DNA of 32,000 nucleotides, from positions 2,370,001-2,402,000 of the forward strand of contig NC_000964.3 of NCBI RefSeq assembly GCF_000009045.1, read 5' to 3'. This DNA comes from Bacillus subtilis subsp. subtilis str. 168. Its GTDB lineage: Bacteria; Bacillota; Bacilli; Bacillales; Bacillaceae. Made by a program: the position numbers and the translations under genes. This document shows positions 21,865 through 31,958 of the stretch, in pieces (the first letter of the stretch is position 1; each line of letters opens with the position of its first letter). The notes below the pieces were generated by a model. The model did no database searches. It was not told the DNA's origin and saw only the letters and a list, made by a program, of their open reading frames with translations.

Positions 21865-22754
21865 CCTATCACCTTATCCTGATTCTTGATAAATTCAGTC
21901 GGCATTCTAATCGCATTTTCCAGGGTTGGAACATTGCTAATAATTTGAACAGCCGTTTCGGGATGGTGAATTTGCGGGAGAACAAATACTGCCACTCTCC
22001 CATCATTTAAATCCCGTTTTGCAATTGGTGTCAAAGATGGCTCTCCTGAATCCCGATAAACCCCGAGCACATTGGAAACATCAAATAAAATGGCCTGACG
22101 CTGCCCTAAATTTGCTATCGTCGCTGCTGAATTAAAGTTTTTCGGCGTCAAAATAAAGCCCATGCCATGCTTTAAAATCAGTTCCTGTTTCTCTGGAAGC
22201 CCGATATTCATCATATAAATATTATCAACAAACAGTCCCGGACCGTCAAAGCGCGGCTTTATGTACTCGATATCTACAATATCCTTCAACACACTGCCCG
22301 ACATAAACTTCATGGCCAGTAAAAAACAAACGACAGCCGCTATGACTGCAGCCCAGATGGATAAAAACACATACGCAGAGGTTGTCAAAAGCGCTGTAAA
22401 GATCACAATATAATTTCTGCTTTCAAACGCAATGGCAATCCCCTCAATATATGTGCTTCCCCTTGAGACAAGTTCATACGAATCCATTTGCGTCAATGTG
22501 TTCCGCTCCATGTTTCGGACATCTCTAAATTGCGTCGCTGCCAATGTTAAAAATGTGATGGCCGTAAATTCCTCCTGCAAAAGCGCCGGCATAATAATTG
22601 CACCTAAACCAGCCGCTATCAACCCCAGTGCGATGTGAATCACTTTCCCATGAACATAGGTCGGATACTGGCGGTAATCCGTTTTCAGCATATAAAGCCT
22701 TGTCGCAATTCCGGCAATGACCCCAGCAATAATCGGATAGATGTAATCACTCAT
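21861..22754 (-). CDS. seaA: YIEGIA-family membrane protein (spore envelope assembly, yphB)
   Basis: 297-aa ORF containing the literal YIEGIA motif (GSTYIEGIAIAFESRNY). Hydrophobic segments flank the motif, and the C-terminal half is soluble. Confidence 0.85.
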   Translation of the reverse strand: MSDYIYPIIAGVIAGIATRLYMLKTDYRQYPTYVHGKVIHIALGLIAAGLGAIIMPALLQEEFTAITFLTLAATQFRDVRNMERNTLTQMDSYELVSRGSTYIEGIAIAFESRNYIVIFTALLTTSAYVFLSIWAAVIAAVVCFLLAMKFMSGSVLKDIVDIEYIKPRFDGPGLFVDNIYMMNIGLPEKQELILKHGMGFILTPKNFNSAATIANLGQRQAILFDVSNVLGVYRDSGEPSLTPIAKRDLNDGRVAVFVLPQIHHPETAVQIISNVPTLENAIRMPTEFIKNQDKVIG

Positions 22755-23350
22755 GACATTTTGGTAGCTCCTTTGTTTGATCTTTTGCTTTTCTGACCAA
22801 TCTGGCTTGCGAGGTGTTCGTATTTAGATATGCCAAACAGCAATATCATCCCCGCAGAACACGCATTCAGCCATTGAAAGCCGCCGACAGCCATAGCCCC
22901 GGCCAACTTCTGGATCACAAATGAATACACCAGTTCGCCTTGGCACATCCCTAGGACAAATAAGACAAGCTGCTTCTCAAAATTCCTTTCAACAGAAGCT
23001 GTTAAAAGCACTATTAATATAACAGCAGCCCACTCAGGTTTTATGATGAACCAAACCGGGTCATATAATGCAAAAAGATAAACAAACGCATACGCGGCAA
23101 CAAGCGTCAGATAGACCATGATGTAACGAAAACGATACATTCCCAAATACCCGGCATAGACACATCCGCAAACGAAAAACATCAAATATGCAGCATTCAG
23201 GGAAAAATATAAAGCGATGTCATGTATGCTTAGAATAATATTAGTTAAAATAAAGACAGAGACGGCAATTCGTCTTTTCGTCTTTTCAAAAATAAATGTT
23301 GTCAGAACCCACAGAAACCACATTGACCAATAGTAATAAAATTGTTCCAT
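22751..23350 (-). CDS. yphA: Polytopic membrane protein of unknown function
   Basis: 199-aa ORF that is almost entirely hydrophobic (about 6 predicted TM segments), with a basic C-terminal tail. Its stop overlaps the seaA ATG (ATGA at 22751..22754). Confidence 0.85.
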   Translation of the reverse strand: MEQFYYYWSMWFLWVLTTFIFEKTKRRIAVSVFILTNIILSIHDIALYFSLNAAYLMFFVCGCVYAGYLGMYRFRYIMVYLTLVAAYAFVYLFALYDPVWFIIKPEWAAVILIVLLTASVERNFEKQLVLFVLGMCQGELVYSFVIQKLAGAMAVGGFQWLNACSAGMILLFGISKYEHLASQIGQKSKRSNKGATKMS

Positions 23351-23427
23351 TTTACTTCCTCCATATTCCCAGTATGGAGTTCAAGCACATTTTTTAAACA
23401 ATCGATCTCACATTAAGGAGTATGATC

Positions 23428-23559
23428 ATGGGAAAAGACAGACAAGAGAAAAAACTCAAAGCTTCAGGCAGAGTCGAATCAGATCGCGACCAGTCCATTC
23501 ACTATGACGGAGCGACAAGCCTTGAACAAAACGGAAGATTCAAAAAGCGAAAATCATAA
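23428..23559 (+). CDS. ypzI: 43-aa highly charged micro-protein (MGKDRQEKKLKASGRVESDRDQSIHYDGATSLEQNGRFKKRKS), the only plus-strand gene in the window
   Basis: It is below the ORF-track cutoff. The SD AAGGAG (23415..23420) lies 7 nt before the ATG. The TAA stop at 23557..23559 is followed by a bidirectional terminator. The symbol comes from positional recollection only and the sequence itself was not recognised. Confidence 0.5.
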   Translation: MGKDRQEKKLKASGRVESDRDQSIHYDGATSLEQNGRFKKRKS

Positions 23560-23563
23560 TACA

Positions 23564-23596
23564 AAAAGCCCAAACCACATATGGTTTTGGGCTTTT
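23564..23596. terminator. Bidirectional intrinsic terminator shared by fni (minus) and the 43-aa ORF (plus)
   Basis: The sequence is AAAAGCCCAAACC-acatat-GGTTTTGGGCTTTT. T-runs follow the stem on both strands. Confidence 0.8.
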
Positions 23597-23601
23597 ATCA
23601 T

Positions 23602-24663
<1,062 letters not shown>

Positions 24664-25812
24664 TTATTTTAGTTTATTCAGCTTATCTCCGATCAGATCT
24701 CCAAGCTGGAAGCCAGTGCTTGTTTCTTCCTTCGCTTGATATTGACGGTAATCTTCCTGGTCAGCTTTAGGCGTTTCTTCAAGTTCACGCATGCTTAATG
24801 AAATGCGCTCCTCATTTTCATTCACATCAAGAACCTTCACTTTTACAGTCTGTCCTTCTTCAAGGACTTCATGCGGCGTGCCGATGTGTTTATTGGAAAT
24901 TTGAGAAATATGAACGAGACCTTCAACACCTGGAAGGATTTCAACAAAGGCACCGAAGCTTACAAGACGCTGTACAGTTCCTTCAAGCACATCGCCAGGC
25001 TTCACTTTTTCGCCGATTTGGTTCCAAGGTCCAGGCAGTGTATCTTTGATCGATAAAGAAATACGTTCATTATCACGGTCAACCGATAACACTTTCACTT
25101 TTACTTCTTGTCCCTCTTCAACAACGTCAGACGGCTTCTCTACATGAGAGTGGGAAAGCTGTGAAATGTGTACAAGTCCGTCGATGCCGCCAATATCAAC
25201 AAACGCGCCAAAGTCAGTCAGGCGCTGTACTTTGCCATCAAGTACACTTCCAACTTCAAGAGACTGAAGAAGTTCTTGTTTTTTATTCGCTTGTTCACTT
25301 TCAACAACAGCACGGTGTGAAAGGATCACGCGGTTTTTATCACGGTCAAGCTCTACAACGAGCAGTGACAGTGTTTTTCCTTTATAGTCAGTGAAGTCTT
25401 CAACGAAATGTGCTTCAACAAGTGATGCCGGAATAAAACCGCGAACGCCGATATCAACGACAAGGCCGCCTTTCACGACATCTTTCACTTCAGCTTCAAA
25501 CACTTCTTTTGTTTCAAATTTTTTCTCAAGGTCTTCCCAAGCGCGGTCTGCATCAACAGCACGTTTAGATAAAATCAAAGCATCGTCTTCCACTTTTGTT
25601 ACTTTCAGGTCAAGCTCGTCGTCTACTTTAACAACATCCGATGCTTTCTCTACATGAAGACTTGATAATTCACTGATTGGAATAATACCGGATTGTTTGA
25701 CATTGATAATTTCTACATCTACATGTTTGTCTTCTACCTTTGTCACAATCCCTTTAACTACATCTCCAACCTCTGGCACTTGAACATCAATTTGATTCAT
25801 TTCCTCTGTCAT
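24664..25812 (-). CDS. ypfD: Ribosomal protein S1 homologue (four S1 domains)
   Basis: 382-aa ORF with four repeats of the S1 fold pattern (G-x-V/G-x-V...FGAFV / GLVHISQ). A strong SD (AAGGAGG) is present. Confidence 0.92.
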   Translation of the reverse strand: MTEEMNQIDVQVPEVGDVVKGIVTKVEDKHVDVEIINVKQSGIIPISELSSLHVEKASDVVKVDDELDLKVTKVEDDALILSKRAVDADRAWEDLEKKFETKEVFEAEVKDVVKGGLVVDIGVRGFIPASLVEAHFVEDFTDYKGKTLSLLVVELDRDKNRVILSHRAVVESEQANKKQELLQSLEVGSVLDGKVQRLTDFGAFVDIGGIDGLVHISQLSHSHVEKPSDVVEEGQEVKVKVLSVDRDNERISLSIKDTLPGPWNQIGEKVKPGDVLEGTVQRLVSFGAFVEILPGVEGLVHISQISNKHIGTPHEVLEEGQTVKVKVLDVNENEERISLSMRELEETPKADQEDYRQYQAKEETSTGFQLGDLIGDKLNKLK

Positions 25813-26021
25813 TTGAATAACCTCCTTGGTCCAAACCTACACAGCTTAATTAAAACGGTTTGAAAGCTGAACATATAACATGCCCGCTTTTAGCCGAATA
25901 TGTATTAAAGAATCATCCAAAAAAGTTTTTTGAATGATCAATAAAAAGTTTTATTAGTATTAACTTCTAATAAAAGGACAGGTTTGTCAAGCAATAACAT
26001 TCTATCTTCGTTGAAAAATTC

Positions 26022-26041
26022 AAAAAAAGTGGCATTTGCCA
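26022..26041 (-). terminator. Weak candidate terminator after cmk
   Basis: The stem is only 4-5 bp (UGGC-AAAU-GCCA) and is followed by seven U. It is probably leaky. Confidence 0.3.
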
Positions 26042-26044
26042 TCC

Positions 26045-26719
26045 TCAGCGGGACTTTTGCTCCACAGCCTCGAGGATTTTATCAGCTACCTCTTGAATGG
26101 AAAGCGATGTCGTGTCGATTTCAAGAGCGTCTTCTGCTTTACGCAGCGGAGATACTTCGCGCTCTGAATCAAGCTTGTCTCTTCTTGCAATTTCCTCAAT
26201 TAATGTTTCGTAGTTGACATCAAAGCCTTTTTTCACATTTTCTTCATAACGGCGTTTCGCTCTCTCTTCCACAGATGCCAAAAGAAAGATTTTTACTTCT
26301 GCATTTGGCAGCACATGCGTCCCGATGTCACGACCATCCATGACGACGCCGCCTTTTTCCCCAAGCTGCTGCTGGCGTTTCACCATTTCTTCTCTGACAC
26401 TTCTGTGCTTGGCCGCAATTGAAACTTGGTTGCTGATTTCATCTGTTCTGATCGCCTCAGTTACATCGGTGCCGTTTACAAACACTTTTTGTCCATCTTT
26501 TGTTGTAATCAGCTCAATGTCTGTCCGCTTTAGCAGCTCAGCCAGTTTTTCTTCATCTGTCAGATCAACGTTTTCCTGTAAAGCCGCGTACGTAATCGCC
26601 CGATACATCGCTCCTGTATCAATATATATGTACGATTTTTTCTCAGCCACAATTTTGGCAACGGTGCTTTTCCCCGCAGCTGCCGGGCCGTCGATTGCAA
26701 TCGATAATTTCTTTTCCAT
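26045..26719 (-). CDS. cmk: Cytidylate kinase
   Basis: The ORF runs 26045..26761. The start is trimmed to ATG 26719 (224 aa, [19 protein letters not shown]...), which follows the SD AAGGAGAGG. A P-loop is present. Confidence 0.93.
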   Translation of the reverse strand: MEKKLSIAIDGPAAAGKSTVAKIVAEKKSYIYIDTGAMYRAITYAALQENVDLTDEEKLAELLKRTDIELITTKDGQKVFVNGTDVTEAIRTDEISNQVSIAAKHRSVREEMVKRQQQLGEKGGVVMDGRDIGTHVLPNAEVKIFLLASVEERAKRRYEENVKKGFDVNYETLIEEIARRDKLDSEREVSPLRKAEDALEIDTTSLSIQEVADKILEAVEQKSR

Positions 26720-26797
26720 AATTCCTCTCCTTGCTCTTTTCTCCTCTAAGGATTGTATCACGAACTTTATGAAAAAGGGTGAAAAATTGATGAATAA

Positions 26798-26974
26798 TTA
26801 ATGTTTGAAGGTTTCAATCCTATTGTTTTCCTCCATTTTATCCACCCCTTCATATTGAATCACTTTTGATACGTATGGTTCAATATGCTGATAGTGAAAA
26901 AGAAATTGGACACCAAGTAAAATGATGGCCTGAATGAACAATAATTTGATCAGCAGCCGTTCAAATGTTTTCAT
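26798..26974 (-). CDS. ypfB: 58-aa single-pass membrane micro-protein (MKTFERLLIKLLFIQAIILLGVQFLFHYQHIEPYVSKVIQYEGVDKMEENNRIETFKH)
   Basis: It is below the ORF-track cutoff. The SD GGAGGTG lies 5 nt before the ATG at 26974. One N-terminal hydrophobic helix is present. It lies between motI and cmk. Confidence 0.6.
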   Translation of the reverse strand: MKTFERLLIKLLFIQAIILLGVQFLFHYQHIEPYVSKVIQYEGVDKMEENNRIETFKH

Positions 26975-27018
26975 TGGAGCACCTCCATTACAAATAGTAT
27001 GGAAGTGTTTGCCGATGT

Positions 27019-27672
27019 TTATTCCATTCGGGCCTTTCTTCTCTTATTTAACTGGCGCCTGATGCAGTATTGAAGCAAAGCCTGCTGGTCACCTGCTGCA
27101 ATTTCTGAATACTCTAAAGTCATTTTTCGTTTTTCTGACTTGGGGTCATTAAAGATTCGTCTGACAACTGCTTCTGTTTCTATTTGACGTGTGTGCTCCT
27201 CTTCAGGAAGACGGATGATCAGGCGCAATGATTCCCCCGATTGAAAAGAAAGGCCATCAGCTAAAACCACGGCGATGCCGCCTGCACTGATGTTATAGGA
27301 TAGTGTGCGGATCTCTTCTTCATTTCCCGGCTGAATTTGCACATCTAATACCGCATCAGTTCTTACATATTGGCGGCGCTGGATTCTTTTCATTTTTTCA
27401 CGGGGAGGCATTTCAAGACAGATCATTTGAAGTTTGTCCTTCACTTTACCTTTTATACGGCTTATAAAGCGATAAGGAACTTCGTCTTTTCCCACAAACT
27501 CTACCGTTACTTCCATATCGTTATGTAAAATCACAGTTCGCCCTGTAACTACATCAACAGGATACGCGATCAAAAGTTCATTGTTTTCGATGCTGACCGC
27601 CTTGCTTTTTGCCTTTTTCAATTCATTTTCTTCTATATATTCTAAAAGTACATTTTCTCCAATCTCTATCAT
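27019..27672 (-). CDS. motI: PilZ-domain c-di-GMP receptor (flagellar motor clutch MotI; ypfA/dgrA)
   Basis: The ORF runs 27019..27681. The start is at ATG 27672 (217 aa). The PilZ signature is present as RRQYVR (RxxxR) followed by NISAGG (D/NxSxxG). Confidence 0.88.
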   Translation of the reverse strand: MIEIGENVLLEYIEENELKKAKSKAVSIENNELLIAYPVDVVTGRTVILHNDMEVTVEFVGKDEVPYRFISRIKGKVKDKLQMICLEMPPREKMKRIQRRQYVRTDAVLDVQIQPGNEEEIRTLSYNISAGGIAVVLADGLSFQSGESLRLIIRLPEEEHTRQIETEAVVRRIFNDPKSEKRKMTLEYSEIAAGDQQALLQYCIRRQLNKRRKARME

Positions 27673-27724
27673 TGACTTCACTCTTTCGCATTCAATATAC
27701 TCACGTTTTTATTAAAGCACGTAA

Positions 27725-27755
27725 TGAAAAAAAGGAAAAGACATTTAGTCCTTTC
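27725..27755 (-). terminator. Intrinsic terminator downstream of ypeB
   Basis: The minus-strand RNA reads GGAAAGGAC-UAAAU-GUCUUUUCC (a 9-bp stem with one G-U pair), followed by UUUUUUU. Confidence 0.7.
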
Positions 27756-27764
27756 CTCCTGTTT

Positions 27765-29117
27765 TTATAGGTCTTTATATATAGGTTCTGCATTTTTTAG
27801 TTTTTCAACCTTTTCTTCCGATCCGTCTTTGGCATTGATATACATTCTGAATGTGTCATTTTCAATTGTCCCAAGCATTTCGTAGCATAACACTTCTTGA
27901 CCTAGTTCATTTGTAATCAAAGCGAGCCTTGTTTCTCTCACTTGTACATTTTTATTTAATTTAGACTTTGCCTCTGCTTCAGTAATTGCAGGCTTAGGTA
28001 TGGTTCTTTTTCTGTGAGATGTGAGGAAGTCTCTTGCTGAAAAGCCGACAACCTCACCGTCATCCAAGGCCACTTTCATACGAATTGCCTCGGGGTACAT
28101 CCGGACTTTATTTTCAACAGGAACATATGAAAATACACCGATTTTATCATATTGGGCACTTTCATCAATTTCCAAATCATCTGTTTCAAATCCGTTTTTC
28201 TTTAAAAATGCAAGCGCTCGGTTCGATCCGTCATTTAAACTGATTTTCTGATCTTTCACTTCTCTGTTTTGGATCAAGTATACCGGATGCCCGCCCTTCT
28301 TCGTAATATCCATATAAATCACTGCTTTATGGTCTGGGTCTTTCATGCTGATGCTATATACATCGCGATTTGTTTTTTTTCCGCTCTTTACCACTTTAAT
28401 TGAATAATTGTCATCTGGGGCAAAGCGCTCAGCAATTTGTTTTGCTTCCTGTTCGGAAATTTGTTTTCCCTTCAGATGGCTGAAGCCTTTCTCTTCTTTT
28501 TTCGTACTGGTGAAACTCGGGCCAAGATCAGTGCCAGTGGAGAATGCACCAACATTTTTTTCGACTGTTTTAAAGCTGTTGATAATCGTATTATCACTTT
28601 GTTTTTCGTCAGAAGCCAGAGCCATTTCTACGTCCATCCAGCGAAGGTTTTTGCTCATGACAAGGTGCTGAACATGACGCAATTCATTTTGTATATCTTC
28701 GGACTGCTGATATAGCTTATTTAGTGATGTATACTCGTTTTTATCAAGCGGCTTTTGGTCCAAATCTCTGACTGACGTTTTATAGCTGAAATCGCCGATC
28801 TTTGATAATAGCTCTTCAGTTTTATTAAACGGCATTAATGTAAGCGGCAGCTGACTGACGCTGTTATGAGCTTCTGATGTAATCCTCCACACATCGATCA
28901 ATGCAGGCGACAGTGATTTTTGGCTGTTCATGGCAAGTGTTGTTCCGATTTTATCATGAAGCTGATCCACCTGATAGGTAAGCTCATGAAACGCCCGCTG
29001 ATAGTTATTTTCAGCATGAAGAAGAACTGCGTCTTTTTCCTGGTGTTCTTTGTATCCCCAGTAGCCTGTACCGACTATTGCAATACCAAGCACGGCGATT
29101 AAAATTCCTCTGATCAT
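27765..29117 (-). CDS. ypeB: Germination protein YpeB (needed for SleB stability/function)
   Basis: 450-aa ORF with an N-terminal TM anchor (MIRGILIAVLGIAIVGTGYWGY). It lies 34 nt downstream of sleB in the same orientation. Confidence 0.92.
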   Translation of the reverse strand: MIRGILIAVLGIAIVGTGYWGYKEHQEKDAVLLHAENNYQRAFHELTYQVDQLHDKIGTTLAMNSQKSLSPALIDVWRITSEAHNSVSQLPLTLMPFNKTEELLSKIGDFSYKTSVRDLDQKPLDKNEYTSLNKLYQQSEDIQNELRHVQHLVMSKNLRWMDVEMALASDEKQSDNTIINSFKTVEKNVGAFSTGTDLGPSFTSTKKEEKGFSHLKGKQISEQEAKQIAERFAPDDNYSIKVVKSGKKTNRDVYSISMKDPDHKAVIYMDITKKGGHPVYLIQNREVKDQKISLNDGSNRALAFLKKNGFETDDLEIDESAQYDKIGVFSYVPVENKVRMYPEAIRMKVALDDGEVVGFSARDFLTSHRKRTIPKPAITEAEAKSKLNKNVQVRETRLALITNELGQEVLCYEMLGTIENDTFRMYINAKDGSEEKVEKLKNAEPIYKDL

Positions 29118-29151
29118 TTATCACACCTCTTTTTATGCTTTCTCATATCTG

Positions 29152-30069
29152 CTACTCACAGAAAATGTGTTTACCGATTCTTTTAATCTGCGGACGCCCC
29201 CAAATCCACGGACTTGTAGCCGTATCCGGATTAAAGTAGTAAAGTGCTTCCTCTGATGGGTCCCAGCCATTGATGGCATCCAGCACTGCTTCTCGTGCCG
29301 TTTCATTCGGCTGCATGTAAATTTGTCCGTCGGCTACTGCTGTGAAGGCAAGCGGCTCAAAAATAACCCCCGCTACTGAATTTGGAAATAACGGGCTGTT
29401 CAAACGGTTTAAAATGACTGCTGCAATAGCAACCTGCCCCTCGTACGGCTCGCCCCGGGCTTCGCCATAAACCGCTTGAGCAAGCAGCCTGATATCGTTG
29501 TTGGAAAATCCACCAGGCATGTTCGCTGCTACCGCATCCTGTTTTCTTGCTTTTGCTGGTGTATTGTTTTGCTGTTTATTCGCATTCGCTTTAGGCTTCT
29601 GCGTTGTTTTTTCCGCAGGCTGTTTCTGCCGTGCTTCTGCTTGTTGTCTTGCCTTTTGTGTTGCTGCTTTTGATGGTTTCGTCTGATACTTTAGCGGAAT
29701 TTTTCCGTAATGCGTGAATGTATTCCCTTTATTGAGCTGTTCCATGACATATTCACGATAGTATTTTGATTTACATATTAAGGTTTGCTTTGTTTTAGCT
29801 CCTACAAGGCCGTCAACCTCTTTTAACCCGAATTGATCCTGAAAATTTCGAACTGCCCAGTACGTCCCCCATCCATAAACCCCGTCAATTTTTCCGTTAT
29901 AATATCCGTTGTATTGAAGACGCGCCTGAAGCTCGACCACATCATCCCCTGTTGCCCCTCTTTGAATGACCTGATTCGAAAAGGCAGAGATCGTTTCAGT
30001 ATTAATAAACGTCGTTATTGTAAAGGAAAAAAGGATGAGACATGCCATAATCGATCCTTTGGACTTCAT
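29152..30069 (-). CDS. sleB: Spore cortex-lytic enzyme SleB
   Basis: 305-aa ORF. It has a signal peptide and an N-terminal peptidoglycan-binding repeat (GDDVVELQARLQYNGYY...VDGLVGAKT). A K/Q/A-rich linker precedes the C-terminal SleB hydrolase domain (AQAVYGEARGEPYEGQVAIAAVILNR). Confidence 0.95.
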   Translation of the reverse strand: MKSKGSIMACLILFSFTITTFINTETISAFSNQVIQRGATGDDVVELQARLQYNGYYNGKIDGVYGWGTYWAVRNFQDQFGLKEVDGLVGAKTKQTLICKSKYYREYVMEQLNKGNTFTHYGKIPLKYQTKPSKAATQKARQQAEARQKQPAEKTTQKPKANANKQQNNTPAKARKQDAVAANMPGGFSNNDIRLLAQAVYGEARGEPYEGQVAIAAVILNRLNSPLFPNSVAGVIFEPLAFTAVADGQIYMQPNETAREAVLDAINGWDPSEEALYYFNPDTATSPWIWGRPQIKRIGKHIFCE

Positions 30070-30108
30070 CTTTTCAAGCCTCCTACTGCAAATTTTTAAG
30101 TGTAATCG

Positions 30109-30137
30109 TATTTTCTGTAACGAGGTTATTTTTATAC
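30109..30137 (-). promoter_or_regulatory. Candidate forespore (sigma-G type) promoter of sleB-ypeB
   Basis: The minus strand reads GTATA-17 nt-GAAAATA, about 40 nt upstream of the sleB ATG. It loosely fits the sigma-G/F consensus (-35 GnATA, -10 CAnnnTA). Called by eye only. Confidence 0.35.
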
Positions 30138-30176
30138 ACTCTTTCCTTGTTATCCCTCAGAACATAAAAACTGCAC

Positions 30177-30207
30177 ACAAAAAAGCCGCACGGTTGCTGT
30201 GCGGCTT
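30177..30207 (-). terminator. Intrinsic terminator downstream of prsW
   Basis: A 9-bp stem (AAGCCGCAC / GUGCGGCUU) starts directly after the TAG stop. It is followed by UUUUUUG. Confidence 0.8.
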
Positions 30208-30864
30208 CTATACTTGCATCATATTAACGGAACGGGCTTTTTTCGCTTTACGCAAACCAAACCACCATAAAAATACCATAAATGGAAGCATATAATAAAT
30301 CCAATTGCTAAGCGCTGTTAGGATAAAATCATATGATCCATGCAAAAGGGATGGGACAACTAAAGAAAGAGTAAGCCACTTTACACGCGCCTTATCAGCG
30401 GAAAAACGGGCTTTTCCAAGGTAAAATCCCATTATAACGCCAATCAAGGCATGGCATGAAACAGGCAGCAGCGCCCTGACAAACGCATGCTCCACGCCGT
30501 GGCCAATTAAATAAAGAATATTTTCGAGGGTTGCAAAACCGAGTGATACACTTGCACCGTACACAATCCCGTCATAATGCTCATCAAAGTGGGCGTGCGG
30601 GTAAACACTGATCATCAGTATAAACCATTTTAATGATTCCTCCAAAAACCCCGAAGATAAAAAAGAAACGAAAAAGCTTCCGCCTCCTACATTCTCTTTT
30701 TCAAGTACATACTGGATAAACATGATGGGAAATACAAGAACAACCCCGAGAAAAAACGACCGTAGCACCATATGTACAGGTTCATTATCATACTGATCTT
30801 TTAAATAAAAATAACTTAATAACGCGATGCCGGGGGCAATTCCTGCAGAGATGATTGCAAACAT
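30208..30864 (-). CDS. prsW: Site-1 intramembrane protease PrsW (cleaves anti-sigma-W RsiW; ypdC)
   Basis: 218-aa polytopic membrane ORF. The PrsW/CAAX-like motifs FLEESLKW and HGSYD are present. Confidence 0.9.
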   Translation of the reverse strand: MFAIISAGIAPGIALLSYFYLKDQYDNEPVHMVLRSFFLGVVLVFPIMFIQYVLEKENVGGGSFFVSFLSSGFLEESLKWFILMISVYPHAHFDEHYDGIVYGASVSLGFATLENILYLIGHGVEHAFVRALLPVSCHALIGVIMGFYLGKARFSADKARVKWLTLSLVVPSLLHGSYDFILTALSNWIYYMLPFMVFLWWFGLRKAKKARSVNMMQV

Positions 30865-30938
30865 CAGGCAACCTCTTTCCTTTATATTCCTACATCTATC
30901 CTACCATGTTGTTTAAAATTTTACATCTGTCTGCACTT

Positions 30939-30976
30939 AAAAAAACAAAAAGAGCATACGAATGCATCATATGCTC
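30939..30976 (-). terminator. Intrinsic terminator downstream of ypdA
   Basis: The minus-strand RNA reads GAGCAUA-11 nt-UAUGCUC (30952..30976), followed by UUUUUGUUUUUUU. Confidence 0.75.
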
Positions 30977-30983
30977 CTCATCT

Positions 30984-31958
30984 TTAATGGTTTTCTCTTT
31001 TGGCGATTTCCGCTGCGATATGCCCCCCGTGAAACCTGCCGTTTTCAATAAATATTTCATTTGCATTGTTTCCCGCAGCAATAACACCGGCAATAAAGAC
31101 ACCTTCAACGTTCGTTTCCATCGTTTCTTCGTTGAAAAATGGACGCCCTGTTTCTTTATCAATTTCAACACCAATTTTTTCAAGAAATTGATGATCGGGA
31201 TGATAGCCTGTCATGGCAAATACAAAATCATTTTTAATGGTAATGAGTTCTTTCTCTCCGGAGCGAAACACAACTTCATTCTCGGTGATTTTTTCGACAC
31301 AAGCTCCAAATTCCATACGGATTGTACCGTTTCTGACGAGAGCTTCAAATTCCGGCAGAATCCACGGCTTAATGCTCGGAGAATACTCATTGCCCCTATA
31401 TAAAACTGTGACACGCGCCCCAGATTTCACGAGTTCAAGGGCGGCGTCCACGCTTGAATTTTTCCCGCCGATGACAACAACATCTTTATCAAAATACGGG
31501 TGGCCTTCTTTAAAATAATGAAATACTTTCGGCAAATCCTCACCGGGTACGCCCATATAGTTTGGATGATCATAATAGCCTGTGGCGATGATACAATATG
31601 GCGTCGTGTAGGTCTCTTTTGACGTCTCAATAACGAATGTGTTATTTTGCGTTTTCGTCACTTTACGCACCATTTCAAACGCATTAACACGGATGTTTTT
31701 CCGTTTAACGACTTCCCGGTAATACGATAAAGCCTGAATTCTGACAGGCTTCCTGTTCTCTGTAATAAATGCCACATCTCCGATTTCGAGCTTTTCACTT
31801 GAACTGAAAAAGGTTTGATGCGTCGGGTAATTGTAAATACTGTTAACGACATTGCCTTTTTCGATGACGAGGGCATCAATGCCAATTTGTTTTAGGTGAA
31901 TGGCAGCAGATAGTCCACAAGGTCCTCCGCCTATAATAATTGCTTTTTCTTGAATCAT
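30984..31958 (-). CDS. ypdA: FAD-dependent pyridine-nucleotide disulfide oxidoreductase (bacillithiol disulfide reductase family, Bdr)
   Basis: The ORF runs 30984..31988. The start is trimmed to ATG 31958 (324 aa, MIQEKAIIIGGGPCGLSAA...), which follows the SD AGGAG. The first dinucleotide fold is GGGPCG and the second is VIGGKNSSVDAA. Confidence 0.9.
   Translation of the reverse strand: MIQEKAIIIGGGPCGLSAAIHLKQIGIDALVIEKGNVVNSIYNYPTHQTFFSSSEKLEIGDVAFITENRKPVRIQALSYYREVVKRKNIRVNAFEMVRKVTKTQNNTFVIETSKETYTTPYCIIATGYYDHPNYMGVPGEDLPKVFHYFKEGHPYFDKDVVVIGGKNSSVDAALELVKSGARVTVLYRGNEYSPSIKPWILPEFEALVRNGTIRMEFGACVEKITENEVVFRSGEKELITIKNDFVFAMTGYHPDHQFLEKIGVEIDKETGRPFFNEETMETNVEGVFIAGVIAAGNNANEIFIENGRFHGGHIAAEIAKRENH

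Noticed and set aside
25925-25945. A/T palindrome CAAAAAAC/GTTTTTTG in the ypfD leader as a possible hairpin or operator
   Set aside because: The loop would be 0-1 nt and the stem is all A-U. It is not a stable structure and not distinguishable from AT-rich background.
26325-26801. 158-aa plus-strand ORF antisense to cmk
   Set aside because: It is a Ser/Phe/Ile-rich antisense translation with no SD, fully overlapped by the P-loop kinase gene on the other strand.
29540-29690. Possible tandem DNA repeat in the middle of sleB
   Set aside because: It is a K/Q/A-rich low-complexity linker (…QKARQQAEARQKQPAEKTTQKPKANANKQQNN…) between the peptidoglycan-binding and hydrolase domains. The bias is compositional, and I could not find a repeating unit.
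30855-31403. 182-aa plus-strand ORF spanning the prsW-ypdA intergenic region and the 3' part of ypdA in antisense
   Set aside because: It runs through the ypdA terminator hairpin, has no SD and shows no recognisable domain. It is an antisense artefact.
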